A stretch of 64,000 bases of DNA from an uncultured Lachnospiraceae bacterium (lineage in GTDB: Bacteria; Bacillota; Clostridia; Lachnospirales; Lachnospiraceae), in the NCBI GenBank assembly GCA_947168155.1, contig CAMVKW010000006.1, positions 10,313 to 74,312 on the forward strand, in the 5' to 3' direction. A model generated the notes under the pieces. That model worked only from the letters and a program-made list of their open reading frames with translations, was not told the origin of the DNA and did not search any database. Positions 39,676 through 49,032 of the stretch are shown piece after piece. The position numbers were made by a program, and so were the translations under genes. The stretch's first letter is position 1. Each line of letters starts with the position of its first letter.

Positions 39676-41613
39676 TTATTCAGTAATAATACCTTTTCGT
39701 ATATATTTTTCTCGTTTTACTTCGTACATACTTGTATCTGCATTCTTTACTGCCTTTGTTATATCAAAATCATCGTTCAGGATAGTTGTAATATAACCGC
39801 AGCTGGTAGATACATCATATGGTTTTCCGGACCCCTCGTTATATTTATCTAGATACTTATCTATATTTTTAATTATCTGATCAGGATCGCATTCGCCAAA
39901 GATAACTGAGAAAATCTCATCACCACCAAATCTTGCTGAAAGACTGTTTTCAGGAACGGAGTCCATTAGAGCTTTTGCGGTCGTAGCGATGGCATTATCT
40001 CCATCAGCATGTCCGAAATGGTCATTTATATATTTGAGTCCATCCAGGTCAGACATAATGACAGTGATTTCTTTGTTGTCATATTTATGTTTTTTACAAA
40101 TCTTCTTAAACTGGTTATGGAAGCCTATTCTGTTAAACAGACCTGTAAGTGGGTCATGCCTGTACATCTCATCCATCTTTTCAAGAAGAGTGCGTTGGTA
40201 CTGAATATTAACATATCCACCAATTGCCGTACCGATTGCATTTGTCGCATTTACTGTATTCGAATAGTTGGAGATGAAATAATCCCTGAAATAATAGCAG
40301 ACAAATCCAAAAGCTTTACCCATATAGTCCAGAGCATTGAAAATAAGTGGATAACCACTCTCTGTAAGCTGAAGGATTCTGTATCTGAAAGCGGGAGAGA
40401 GCACATCTTCTGTATATATATCATCATATTCAGGCTTTACAAATGTATCTGGTTTATAATCATCCTTAAAATCAGCATCAAAAATCTTTACAAGCTCTTT
40501 CTTGGAATTATCATTTTCAAGGTCTATGAAATAATTATCTTCCTCATTTTCAAACATTCGTTTATCAACAACTGTAAGCTGCTGGTCGGTTTTATAGCAA
40601 TCGAGATGAGAAACCATGGTTCCTATATTAGGACTGAGCTGCATGGCTGCAGTAACTCGTTTTAATACTCGGTTGTCATCATTATGTCTGGAAAAGCTTT
40701 CTCTGAACCAGTCAAGAAGTATCTGAGTGCTTTCTTTATGTTCCTTACAACCGCAGGATTCATTTGCAATGAATGTAGGTGTGATAAAGCGGTTATGTGT
40801 TTTTCCTTCCTTAATGGCCTCAAAAACAGCATCAGCAGATGCATCAGCAAGCTGAATGATATCACAGGAAGCAGATGTTATTTTAGGAGAAGTGAAGAAA
40901 ATCTCATCATAACCATCAAAGCCAGCTATTAAAATGTCATCTGGAATCTTATAACCTTTTTCCTTCAGCATTTCTGATACAGTAATTGCCATTACGTCAT
41001 TAGCGCATATAATAGCTTCTGGAAGCTCTGATCCTTCACATCTTTCGAAAAGCTCCTGCATGGCAATACGGCATGGATCTGACCAGAAATAGCCATAACT
41101 AAGCATACTGTCATTAAAATCTATATTGTTTTCTTCCAGAACCTTCTTGAATACTTTGATTCGGTTGTTTGAGAAATCATTATCAGGCTGACCAGCAATC
41201 ATATGTGGTCTTGTTACTTTATGATCCTCAATTATATGACGAACAACCTGCTCAAAGCCTTTTTCATAATCAAAATTAATGCAATAAGCGCCATCATAAT
41301 GTCCATCGGCGATTATAACTGGAACATTATTTTCATTAGAATGTTCGATAACATATTCTGAAATCTTATGACTTTTAATCTTTTCGTCCATGATTACAAC
41401 AGCGTCAATATAGTTATAAGGAATAAGCTTAAAAATATATTTTTCAGCTGCCTGTCTGTTTTCTTCCCAATAAATATCAGAATTTATTGCAAAAATAAGA
41501 AGAGAGTAGTCCTCGGCACGGAGCCTCTCATTCAACTTTACAATATATCCATGGATTTGGGGATCATATATGCGTGAAGTGCATAAAGCGACCAGTTTTT
41601 TGCCATTAATCAT
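39676..41613 (-). CDS. Diguanylate cyclase with N-terminal LacI-type (periplasmic-binding-protein-fold) sugar-binding domain and no HTH
   Basis: 645 aa with no TM helix or signal peptide. A PBP type I fold covers about aa 5-270, and a C-terminal GGDEF domain carries the active-site variant RFGGDEI. Confidence 0.85.
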   Translation of the reverse strand: MINGKKLVALCTSRIYDPQIHGYIVKLNERLRAEDYSLLIFAINSDIYWEENRQAAEKYIFKLIPYNYIDAVVIMDEKIKSHKISEYVIEHSNENNVPVIIADGHYDGAYCINFDYEKGFEQVVRHIIEDHKVTRPHMIAGQPDNDFSNNRIKVFKKVLEENNIDFNDSMLSYGYFWSDPCRIAMQELFERCEGSELPEAIICANDVMAITVSEMLKEKGYKIPDDILIAGFDGYDEIFFTSPKITSASCDIIQLADASADAVFEAIKEGKTHNRFITPTFIANESCGCKEHKESTQILLDWFRESFSRHNDDNRVLKRVTAAMQLSPNIGTMVSHLDCYKTDQQLTVVDKRMFENEEDNYFIDLENDNSKKELVKIFDADFKDDYKPDTFVKPEYDDIYTEDVLSPAFRYRILQLTESGYPLIFNALDYMGKAFGFVCYYFRDYFISNYSNTVNATNAIGTAIGGYVNIQYQRTLLEKMDEMYRHDPLTGLFNRIGFHNQFKKICKKHKYDNKEITVIMSDLDGLKYINDHFGHADGDNAIATTAKALMDSVPENSLSARFGGDEIFSVIFGECDPDQIIKNIDKYLDKYNEGSGKPYDVSTSCGYITTILNDDFDITKAVKNADTSMYEVKREKYIRKGIITE

Positions 41614-41735
41614 AGCACACCCCTTAATTTAAAAACCATCCAAAAAAATTATAACACATGTGTTGCGCTTTTGTTATACTTTCTATGATAAGATGTTAAA
41701 GAAATTATTGTAAATTTACATTTATGGAGGTTTAT

Positions 41736-42308
41736 ATGGATATCATACTATTAAATGAATGTGATAAAGATGTAAAGGATCTGTTTAACAGATTTGTACC
41801 AAAGGATTATCTTGGACTTTTGGAAGAGGAAACTACCATACTACTCGGGGCAATTGATACAAATGAGGATGGTAGTGAACCTATAGGAATAACCATTGTT
41901 TCAATAGATGATGGCTATTTTGTAATAAAATGGATGTGGATAGATCCAGAACTGAGACTACAGGGAGCAGGAGAAAAAATGCTGAAAACATGCTTTGATA
42001 TAGCATTAATGAATGAATTAAATACTATTTATGCGTATGTACCTGCTCTTGATACAAAAGATATTTCAGAAAGTGATATGGCGGAATTCTTCTATAATAA
42101 CACTTTTAATTATGTGGAGAACAGGGAAAAAGAAGGTGTGAAGTACTATGTTCTTTCAGCAAACACTGATATATATTCAAATATGGACAATGAAATGATG
42201 AATGAAACTGTTAATCAAAGTAGAATAGATAAAGCGTATAGTAAATTCCCTAATAATTTTGTTGAGAGGGAAGTAGAGTATTATAGCGGAGTTAAGATAG
42301 AGGAATAA
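41736..42308 (+). CDS. GNAT-like acetyltransferase-fold protein (hypothetical)
   Basis: The ORF is open from 41724, but that ATG lies inside the SD GGAGG, so I chose ATG 41736. The motif-A-like segment is WMWIDPELRLQGAGEKML. Confidence 0.5.
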   Translation: MDIILLNECDKDVKDLFNRFVPKDYLGLLEEETTILLGAIDTNEDGSEPIGITIVSIDDGYFVIKWMWIDPELRLQGAGEKMLKTCFDIALMNELNTIYAYVPALDTKDISESDMAEFFYNNTFNYVENREKEGVKYYVLSANTDIYSNMDNEMMNETVNQSRIDKAYSKFPNNFVEREVEYYSGVKIEE

Positions 42309-42321
42309 AGGAGAAAAAATT

Positions 42322-45300
42322 ATGGCACCAAAACAAAGAAATCAGAAACTTATCAGAGGAAGCTATGATAGGTTAAACGACGAACAGAAAAAAACAGCCG
42401 TGAAGTTAAACGGTGATTACTACATAGTTTATCCTCTGGAACTCCAGCCTAATCAGTTTAAGATGAGGGCAAACCTTACAAGTAAGAAAGATAGTGAGCT
42501 TATAAGGGATAGAAATGAGGCGAGAACTGCCTTAAGAGATGAGCTAACAATAAATGATTTTAAGCAGAATAATCTTAAAACAAGCCAGTTTATGCTGAAT
42601 GCCAGTGCACTTCTTGAGAAAGACTGGAGACTATTTAAGAAGGCGTCTCCTGAGATGCTATGGGTTAAAAAGAGTATTGCTGCCCTTAATAATGTTCTGG
42701 AGTCTGGATTTGGAAATTATATAAATGACCAGGGAATATTTGATGCAGAAGGCTATATAGAGAGAATTAATAAAGCTTATCAGGAATTCTTTGATGCTGC
42801 AGAAAACTACCTGAGTAGTAGAAAGCCTTCAAGTATAGCTGGAAAGAGAAGATATAGACGTGTGTCAGAGCTTCTAAATACTGCTAGACAGGCAAAAATT
42901 GATAATTATAACCTGTTCACCTCTATCAAGGATGGTGCGGTAGAGTTTGATAATATTACTCTTGAGAAGAAAAATAGCCTGAATGCCTATAATATAATAA
43001 CTGAAGTTAGTTCTTATGAGGCTGATCAGGAAACTGTTGTTTGGCAGAATGAGGGTAATTCCACAGATGTTTATAGATTGAGACTACAGGGAGATGATCA
43101 GAATTTCTATTATCTGAAAGAGAATCTTCCTTTCCTCAATTATAACCTTGAAGGCTTTATTACACGTCGTTTGAGACAGCTTGCTGCAAGTAAGGCAAAT
43201 AGAGAGTCTGATCCTAGAAATGAAGAACAACGACTAAAGAAGATATCAAATAAGGATTATGAAAACGGCGAGAGATTTCTGAATGCTTTTAAAACAGCAT
43301 TAGATCAGGCAGGTGCTGCTAATAAACAAAAGGTTGCTGATAAGCTTGTAAAATATTTGGGACATGATTTTGATAAGATATTTAAGGATTTCGAATTATA
43401 TAATAAAGCAGCTGATTATCCCGCTGTTCAGGAAGAGAAATCGCTGGATGAGCTTATAGCTACTAGTCAGGGAATTGAGAAACAGGCATATCTTTTTAGA
43501 AAACAAATGCTTGAAGATGAGGGAAATTATATTCCAGGAGCTAAGGCAGCAGAAGTTATCCAGAAGACAAGTGCAGTTGACTGGTTGAAAAAGAGATTAA
43601 ATCTAAAAGATAATGAAGATGCTGTTTTACTAAATGCACTTCAAGGACTTTCTGATAAAGAGGTTGAAAATATATTCAGATATACCCTTGGTAAAGAAGT
43701 AGAACTCTACGGACAGATGAACGAGACAGTACAGCAGAAGGGCGAAGATAAGGTAGCTATTAATAATACAGCAACTGCCAGAGTGGCTGAGCACCTGGGA
43801 TTTGATGATGTTATTACGAAATCTAAGACTTCTCTGGTTAAGTTTAAGAGAAGAGATGGTACAGAGGTTAATCAATTATGTACTATCTGTGAAGAGGCTC
43901 CGGGAGATGAGTTTATAGACCTTATGAAACAGGCAGAACGAGACAATGTTAAGATAGTTTACTCTCCAGAAGCTATCAGAAATCTTATGCGTCTGCAGGC
44001 TATAGATACACTATGTTTCCAGAAAGATAGACATGGTCGAAACTTCAAGTGTTTAAATGAGAAGGATCCTGTAACTGGTAATATTATTATCAAGTCTATC
44101 AAAGCTTATGATAATGATATGTCTTTCGATGCTTGTTCCCTTGAAACAGGCTTTAAAGAAATGGAAGATGGTATACCTAGGGATCCACAAAGAAACCAGT
44201 TCCTTCCGGCTATGAATATGGTAATCAAGAAGGATTCAGCTCTATATAAACATGTGTTTGGAAATTATTTTGGTATTGACGTAATCAGTCCACCTAAAGA
44301 AATGGCGCCAGAACCAATGGTAAGATTTGGCAGAGCTCTAATAAATATTAAACCAGAGTATATTAATAGAGTATTGACATATACCTGGGATATGCATGAA
44401 TATAAAGTCAGTACGCCTGAAGAATTAAAGTGGAATTATGATATACGTGATATTAAGCTTAGAGAAGGACTTGATCCTAAGTTAAAAGAAGATATCATTA
44501 ATGAAATTAAGTCAGGAAAATATCCTGATGTTAAATATAATGAAAATGATATAAATGAATCTTTAGCTGATTATGCTGCGCATAAGTTTTCTGATTTATC
44601 AAATCAGATAAGAGATATTTGGTTTAATCCAAAACCTGTTCGTCTGCAAATGGCTGAAGAATATAATAAGAATCATCCGGATAAACATGCACATGAATCT
44701 CAGTACTATTATAAAAACAATCTAAGTCCGGCAGATAAGAAAAAACTAAACTCTTTAATGACGGAATTAAAGCAACTGCATAGTACATATAATTTTGATG
44801 AAGTTTATAATAGAGATATATCCTTAGTGGGAGCATATCCATTTTTGGATGCTTTTGTTAAAACATCTACATATGTATATGACCGAATGTATGGAGATAC
44901 TTTAGAGAACAGAGCACTCTATCAGGCAAAGGATGATGAAACATATAATGCTATTAAGAGTCTGATTAATAAAAATGGTGATCTGGAAATTCCTTCACTG
45001 CTTCATTATGACAATGAAGCATATGAGAGACTATGTCAGTCTATTCATGATTTTGAAGATCCAAATTCTGCAATAGTTAATAAGCTTAAGAAGATTGGTC
45101 TGAGCGACGAAAAGATAAATGCAATTGCTACGCGAAATAAAGAAATGAAGGCTAAGCTAGATAAGGCAAATATAAAAGCTCAGGCATTTTATAAGGCTGC
45201 CGGCTGGACAACACCTCCAAAGAATTCATTCTTTCTTAATAAAGAAGACTATAAAAATATTGAAAATCTTACAGATTTTGCTATAGATCCGGGTAATACA

Positions 45301-46143
45301 TATCTTGCAATAGATAATGAAAATTATCTGGCAGGACAGACCTTTAAAATGAAGGTTGGAAATGAGATAAAAAATGTTAAATATACGGAGCTAATGAATG
45401 AAAATGAGATTCTTAAGGCCCAGGATCACAACGAGTATATTAAAAATGATGAAAAGCGTTGGAAATATACAGCAGAAGAAAAGCAGAATAAGAAATATGA
45501 TGTAAGTAATACAGATGTAAAGCTTATAACAGTAATTGATGCTAAATACTATGTTAATGCATGTATTGATGATGCAATCTATAATGTGGCTCATAATGAT
45601 TTTGAAACAAAAGAAAAGCTTATAGAAGGCTTCAAAGAAATACTGTTTACACAAAGAATGCGTACAAATAAGCCATTGAATGTTGATTCTGTAAAACAAT
45701 TTATGGAAAAAGATTCAAATCTTAGAGCTGCATTTAATAATGAATTAAATAGCCCAGAAGGCAAAATATTCATGAAAAACTTAAATTCAATGCTTGAAAA
45801 TGAATTCAATAACCGTGGTTACAAGAAACTAACTGAAAAGAACTTAGAAAAGAGCAAAAAGAAAATCTTTGATAAATCATTAGATGACATCTTTGATAAG
45901 TTAAAAGCACCTGGTGCCGATAAAAATGCGATAGTAGAGGGTATGGCTAAGGATTGCAAGAATATGAAAGACTTTGCAAAGAAATTTGGTGTAGATATTG
46001 ATCCAGAGACAGCTTTGCAGCAGTTTATCCAGAATAATCCTGGTGTACTTACACAGGAACAGATAAACAAGATTATGAATGCAATAAAACCTCAGCAGGC
46101 TCAAGTAAATGTAAATAATAACGGACCAGCTATGAATCATTAA
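42322..46143 (+). CDS. 1273-aa hypothetical cytoplasmic protein with PI3/PI4-kinase/HipA-like catalytic-loop motifs
   Basis: The SD AAGGAGAAAA sits 13 nt after the GNAT-like gene. There is no signal peptide or TM helix. Motifs are DRHGRN (aa 569-574, nt 44026-44043) and YDND (aa 596-599), and the rest is K/N/E-rich helical sequence. The confidence applies to the CDS; the function is speculative. Confidence 0.85.
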   Translation: MAPKQRNQKLIRGSYDRLNDEQKKTAVKLNGDYYIVYPLELQPNQFKMRANLTSKKDSELIRDRNEARTALRDELTINDFKQNNLKTSQFMLNASALLEKDWRLFKKASPEMLWVKKSIAALNNVLESGFGNYINDQGIFDAEGYIERINKAYQEFFDAAENYLSSRKPSSIAGKRRYRRVSELLNTARQAKIDNYNLFTSIKDGAVEFDNITLEKKNSLNAYNIITEVSSYEADQETVVWQNEGNSTDVYRLRLQGDDQNFYYLKENLPFLNYNLEGFITRRLRQLAASKANRESDPRNEEQRLKKISNKDYENGERFLNAFKTALDQAGAANKQKVADKLVKYLGHDFDKIFKDFELYNKAADYPAVQEEKSLDELIATSQGIEKQAYLFRKQMLEDEGNYIPGAKAAEVIQKTSAVDWLKKRLNLKDNEDAVLLNALQGLSDKEVENIFRYTLGKEVELYGQMNETVQQKGEDKVAINNTATARVAEHLGFDDVITKSKTSLVKFKRRDGTEVNQLCTICEEAPGDEFIDLMKQAERDNVKIVYSPEAIRNLMRLQAIDTLCFQKDRHGRNFKCLNEKDPVTGNIIIKSIKAYDNDMSFDACSLETGFKEMEDGIPRDPQRNQFLPAMNMVIKKDSALYKHVFGNYFGIDVISPPKEMAPEPMVRFGRALINIKPEYINRVLTYTWDMHEYKVSTPEELKWNYDIRDIKLREGLDPKLKEDIINEIKSGKYPDVKYNENDINESLADYAAHKFSDLSNQIRDIWFNPKPVRLQMAEEYNKNHPDKHAHESQYYYKNNLSPADKKKLNSLMTELKQLHSTYNFDEVYNRDISLVGAYPFLDAFVKTSTYVYDRMYGDTLENRALYQAKDDETYNAIKSLINKNGDLEIPSLLHYDNEAYERLCQSIHDFEDPNSAIVNKLKKIGLSDEKINAIATRNKEMKAKLDKANIKAQAFYKAAGWTTPPKNSFFLNKEDYKNIENLTDFAIDPGNTYLAIDNENYLAGQTFKMKVGNEIKNVKYTELMNENEILKAQDHNEYIKNDEKRWKYTAEEKQNKKYDVSNTDVKLITVIDAKYYVNACIDDAIYNVAHNDFETKEKLIEGFKEILFTQRMRTNKPLNVDSVKQFMEKDSNLRAAFNNELNSPEGKIFMKNLNSMLENEFNNRGYKKLTEKNLEKSKKKIFDKSLDDIFDKLKAPGADKNAIVEGMAKDCKNMKDFAKKFGVDIDPETALQQFIQNNPGVLTQEQINKIMNAIKPQQAQVNVNNNGPAMNH

Positions 46144-46189
46144 ATTTAGTTTTAATTAAACTACCTGGAATTAAAACTAATAATATAAA

Positions 46190-46232
46190 AATAATACCAT
46201 GAGTTTGAAAAAACTTGTGGTATTATTTTTTG
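46190..46232 (+). terminator. Rho-independent terminator after the giant gene
   Basis: A 17-bp stem AATAATACCATGAGTTT/AAACTTGTGGTATTATT (with two G-U pairs) is followed by a T tract. Confidence 0.75.
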
Positions 46233-46295
46233 AAATAAAGAAAAAAACAAGGTATAAAAAAGTTAAAAAACGGCTAAAAATAAAGGAAAAAGGGG

Positions 46296-46324
46296 TTGAA
46301 AAGGGATAAGAATAGTGGTATACT
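46296..46324 (+). promoter_or_regulatory. Putative promoter of the recombinase gene
   Basis: TTGAAA, a 17-nt spacer, then an extended -10 TGG-TATACT. Confidence 0.45.
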
Positions 46325-46403
46325 ACAAATAGATATTTATTCGTGAAACCATAGTTTTGCGAAAATATGAGACCTGCAAATATACGAAAGAAGGGATAAA
46401 ACC

Positions 46404-47504
46404 ATGTCTGAATCCTACGCAAAACAACTTTCAAAAAAACAAATCCTTGAACTTAGATCTATCCTTTCAGATCTTCCTCCATATGTTAAAGACTTCATGC
46501 GTTCAATTGAAACTACAACCCAACCACGTACTCGCATAGCCTATGCACATGATATTAAATATTTCTTTGAATTTCTTCAATCAGAAAATCCTTTTTTAAA
46601 GAAAAAAGAAATGTATGAAATAACATACTCTGATATAGATAAACTCCAGGCTCGTGACATTGAGGAATATCTCGATTATTTGTCATATTATGTACGTAAT
46701 GGCCGTGAATATACCAATGATAACGCCTCAAAAAAGCGAAAACTCGTTGGTTTACGTGCTTTTTTCAAGTATTTATATATTAATGATTGCATCTCTCAAA
46801 ATGTCACAGAAAAGGTAAAAACCCCTAAAATTAAGGAAAAAGCCATTGTTCGTATGGAAGCTAATGAAACAGCTGATTTTCTTGATAATGTTGAATATGG
46901 AACCAATTTGACACAGCGTCAACAAAAGTTCCATGAACGTGATAAAACCCGTGATTTGGCCCTTTTAACCCTTATGTTAAGCACAGGACTTCGTGTTTCT
47001 GAGACTGTTGGACTTAATATAGATGATGTAGATTTTGATAATTCACGTGTAAAAGTCACCAGAAAAGGTGGAAATGAATCATTTGTTTACTTTTCTGACG
47101 AAGCAACTGGTTATATACAGGAATATCTTAAAGAAAGAGAAAAAATAGTCCCTGTAGATGGCCATGAGGATGCACTATTCCTCTCCTCTCACAGAAAACG
47201 TATATCTGTAAGGTCTGTTGAAAATATGGTTAAAAAGTACGCCAGAGTTACTACTCCTCTTAAAAATATAACTCCACATAAGCTTCGAAGCACTTATGGT
47301 ACAGCTCTTTATCAGGAAACAAGTGATATTTACCTTGTTGCAGATGTTCTTGGACATAAAGATGTTAATACAACTCGTAAACATTATGCAGATATTGATC
47401 AGGAAAGAAAACGTGGAGCCAGAAACAAGGTTACTCTACGTGAAAATGTTTCTAAAGACACATCTCTCGCTGAAAAATTTGCTCAAGATTCTGATGATGA
47501 ATAA
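46404..47504 (+). CDS. Tyrosine recombinase (XerC/XerD/integrase family)
   Basis: 366 aa with an N-terminal SAM-like core-binding domain and catalytic residues in GLRVSE (R), HKLRST (HxxR) and GHKDVNTTRKHY (H...Y). The C-terminal tail is acidic. Confidence 0.9.
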   Translation: MSESYAKQLSKKQILELRSILSDLPPYVKDFMRSIETTTQPRTRIAYAHDIKYFFEFLQSENPFLKKKEMYEITYSDIDKLQARDIEEYLDYLSYYVRNGREYTNDNASKKRKLVGLRAFFKYLYINDCISQNVTEKVKTPKIKEKAIVRMEANETADFLDNVEYGTNLTQRQQKFHERDKTRDLALLTLMLSTGLRVSETVGLNIDDVDFDNSRVKVTRKGGNESFVYFSDEATGYIQEYLKEREKIVPVDGHEDALFLSSHRKRISVRSVENMVKKYARVTTPLKNITPHKLRSTYGTALYQETSDIYLVADVLGHKDVNTTRKHYADIDQERKRGARNKVTLRENVSKDTSLAEKFAQDSDDE

Positions 47505-47579
47505 ATTAGTTTTCCATAATTATATTATGTAAACTATCATATTATAAAAATAATGTCAATGGAAATTTTGGTCTCATAA

Positions 47580-48968
47580 TTAATATCCTAAATCTTCGGC
47601 ACTAAGTGTATTAATGTGACTTCCATCAATTGCATTTATATATGTTACAGCAATTAATCTGCTTGTTGATCTTGTAGATATCTCCCAAGATGGTATGAGT
47701 TGCATTGTGCCATCATCTAGTGTAATTGGAACATATACGAATTGAACAGCATCGATAATGAGCGAGCCAGTATTATCACTTAATTCTTTTGGATCGATAT
47801 CTTGTGATGCTTCATTCACAAATGTATCCATTGCATCTTTAAAACTAAGTACACTGGTATTTTCTGTTACTCTCTCACCAAATACATAATTTGTAGATAC
47901 TCTGAAAGCAATGACTCCGGAATTGTTGAGATATACGTCTCCACCCTGAAGTACCATTGATTCAACATATGGAGTTCCCGTTCTTATATATTGGTTGCAT
48001 ATGGTATACATTACAGGAATGTCATACCCATCTCTTACTGCTCCTTCAAGAGTATCTGAATTCATTATATCGTCATTTAAATATACCAATTCATTCTTTT
48101 GCGGATCTTCTACATCAGGAATGCCGAGTGAATTTGCATTAGAATAAAATGATATAGATTCTGGTGGATAGTCAACATTCAGAAAATCTTTAAGAGTTTT
48201 AGATGTTGTGTTTATAAGCTCTTCATCTGAAAGAGTACATTTGTTTGGCCTGTCAGACATTACCTCATTAAGATTAACTGTGTGTAGCCCTGGATTATAA
48301 AGATAAACATTTCCATCACGATATGACATATAACAATCTTCTAGAGCAGGATCACCAACTATATCAGAATACTTTTTAGGGAAAAGCGCAACCGCCATTT
48401 GATTAAATTTACTGCAATATGATACTACTAATTGATAATCTAATCCGTTATATTTACCCTCATATGTATGTACATAGTATGAATCCTCATCTAGCCATGG
48501 GACAGCCTCGTGAACATGGACATTATCTGGATCTGAATTTGCCGAACAAATGGAATTTATAACATCAATTATACCTGAAGAATCTTCATCTTTATTTAGA
48601 AGGCTTTTATCTTCCGTTTTTATCGCTTTTCCAGTTTCTCCAAATATTTTCTTTACTATCTCGTTTTCTTTAACATCATCTTCTGTCATTAATTCTACGT
48701 TGTAAATACACAGACTATCTGTATCTTTAACAGTATAATTTACGTTCATTTCACATGCGGTATCTCCTAAATTGAAGGAGTTTGAATATGAAAGCTCTTT
48801 ACCACCCAGCATTTCGATGAGTGAATCACCTGTGTTAGCTTTTGCTTCGCTGGATTTGCCACTTGATTCCCCCGAACCATAATCCTCTACTTTTATATTT
48901 TTATTTCCGCATGCAGTAAGAAATAGAGATAATACTAAGATTAGACATAATAATTTCCTTTTTTTCAT
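47580..48968 (-). CDS. Lipoprotein, unknown function
   Basis: 462 aa with a signal peptide and lipobox LTAC. The SD AGGGAGAA lies upstream. Confidence 0.8.
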   Translation of the reverse strand: MKKRKLLCLILVLSLFLTACGNKNIKVEDYGSGESSGKSSEAKANTGDSLIEMLGGKELSYSNSFNLGDTACEMNVNYTVKDTDSLCIYNVELMTEDDVKENEIVKKIFGETGKAIKTEDKSLLNKDEDSSGIIDVINSICSANSDPDNVHVHEAVPWLDEDSYYVHTYEGKYNGLDYQLVVSYCSKFNQMAVALFPKKYSDIVGDPALEDCYMSYRDGNVYLYNPGLHTVNLNEVMSDRPNKCTLSDEELINTTSKTLKDFLNVDYPPESISFYSNANSLGIPDVEDPQKNELVYLNDDIMNSDTLEGAVRDGYDIPVMYTICNQYIRTGTPYVESMVLQGGDVYLNNSGVIAFRVSTNYVFGERVTENTSVLSFKDAMDTFVNEASQDIDPKELSDNTGSLIIDAVQFVYVPITLDDGTMQLIPSWEISTRSTSRLIAVTYINAIDGSHINTLSAEDLGY

Positions 48969-49032
48969 GATGTTCTCCCTTTTATTTAATACTTTAACCT
49001 TTTAAAATATTAATCTTTATCTTTATTAGAGA

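Noticed and set aside
39655-39852. 65-aa plus-strand ORF after the GH3 gene.
   Set aside because: It starts inside the bidirectional terminator and overlaps the 3' end of the GGDEF gene on the other strand, with a low-complexity translation.
41614-41735. Possible c-di-GMP riboswitch (GEMM-I/II) in spacers near the two c-di-GMP genes; I also checked 51401-51420 and 54601-54637.
   Set aside because: The spacers are too short or too AT-rich, and they lack the conserved GC-rich GEMM helices.
46177-46434. 85-aa minus-strand ORF in the giant-gene/recombinase spacer.
   Set aside because: It spans the terminator hairpin and the recombinase promoter. Its F/Y/K-rich low-complexity translation reflects A/T tracts, and it has no SD.
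46141-47516. Direct repeat TAAAT(T)TAGTTTT immediately after the stop codons of both the giant gene (46141-46153) and the recombinase gene (47502-47513), which could mark att-like sites flanking the recombinase.
   Set aside because: It is only about 12 nt, begins with the stop codons themselves, and sits in very AT-rich DNA, so chance similarity is likely. It needs a genome-wide statistical check before it means anything.
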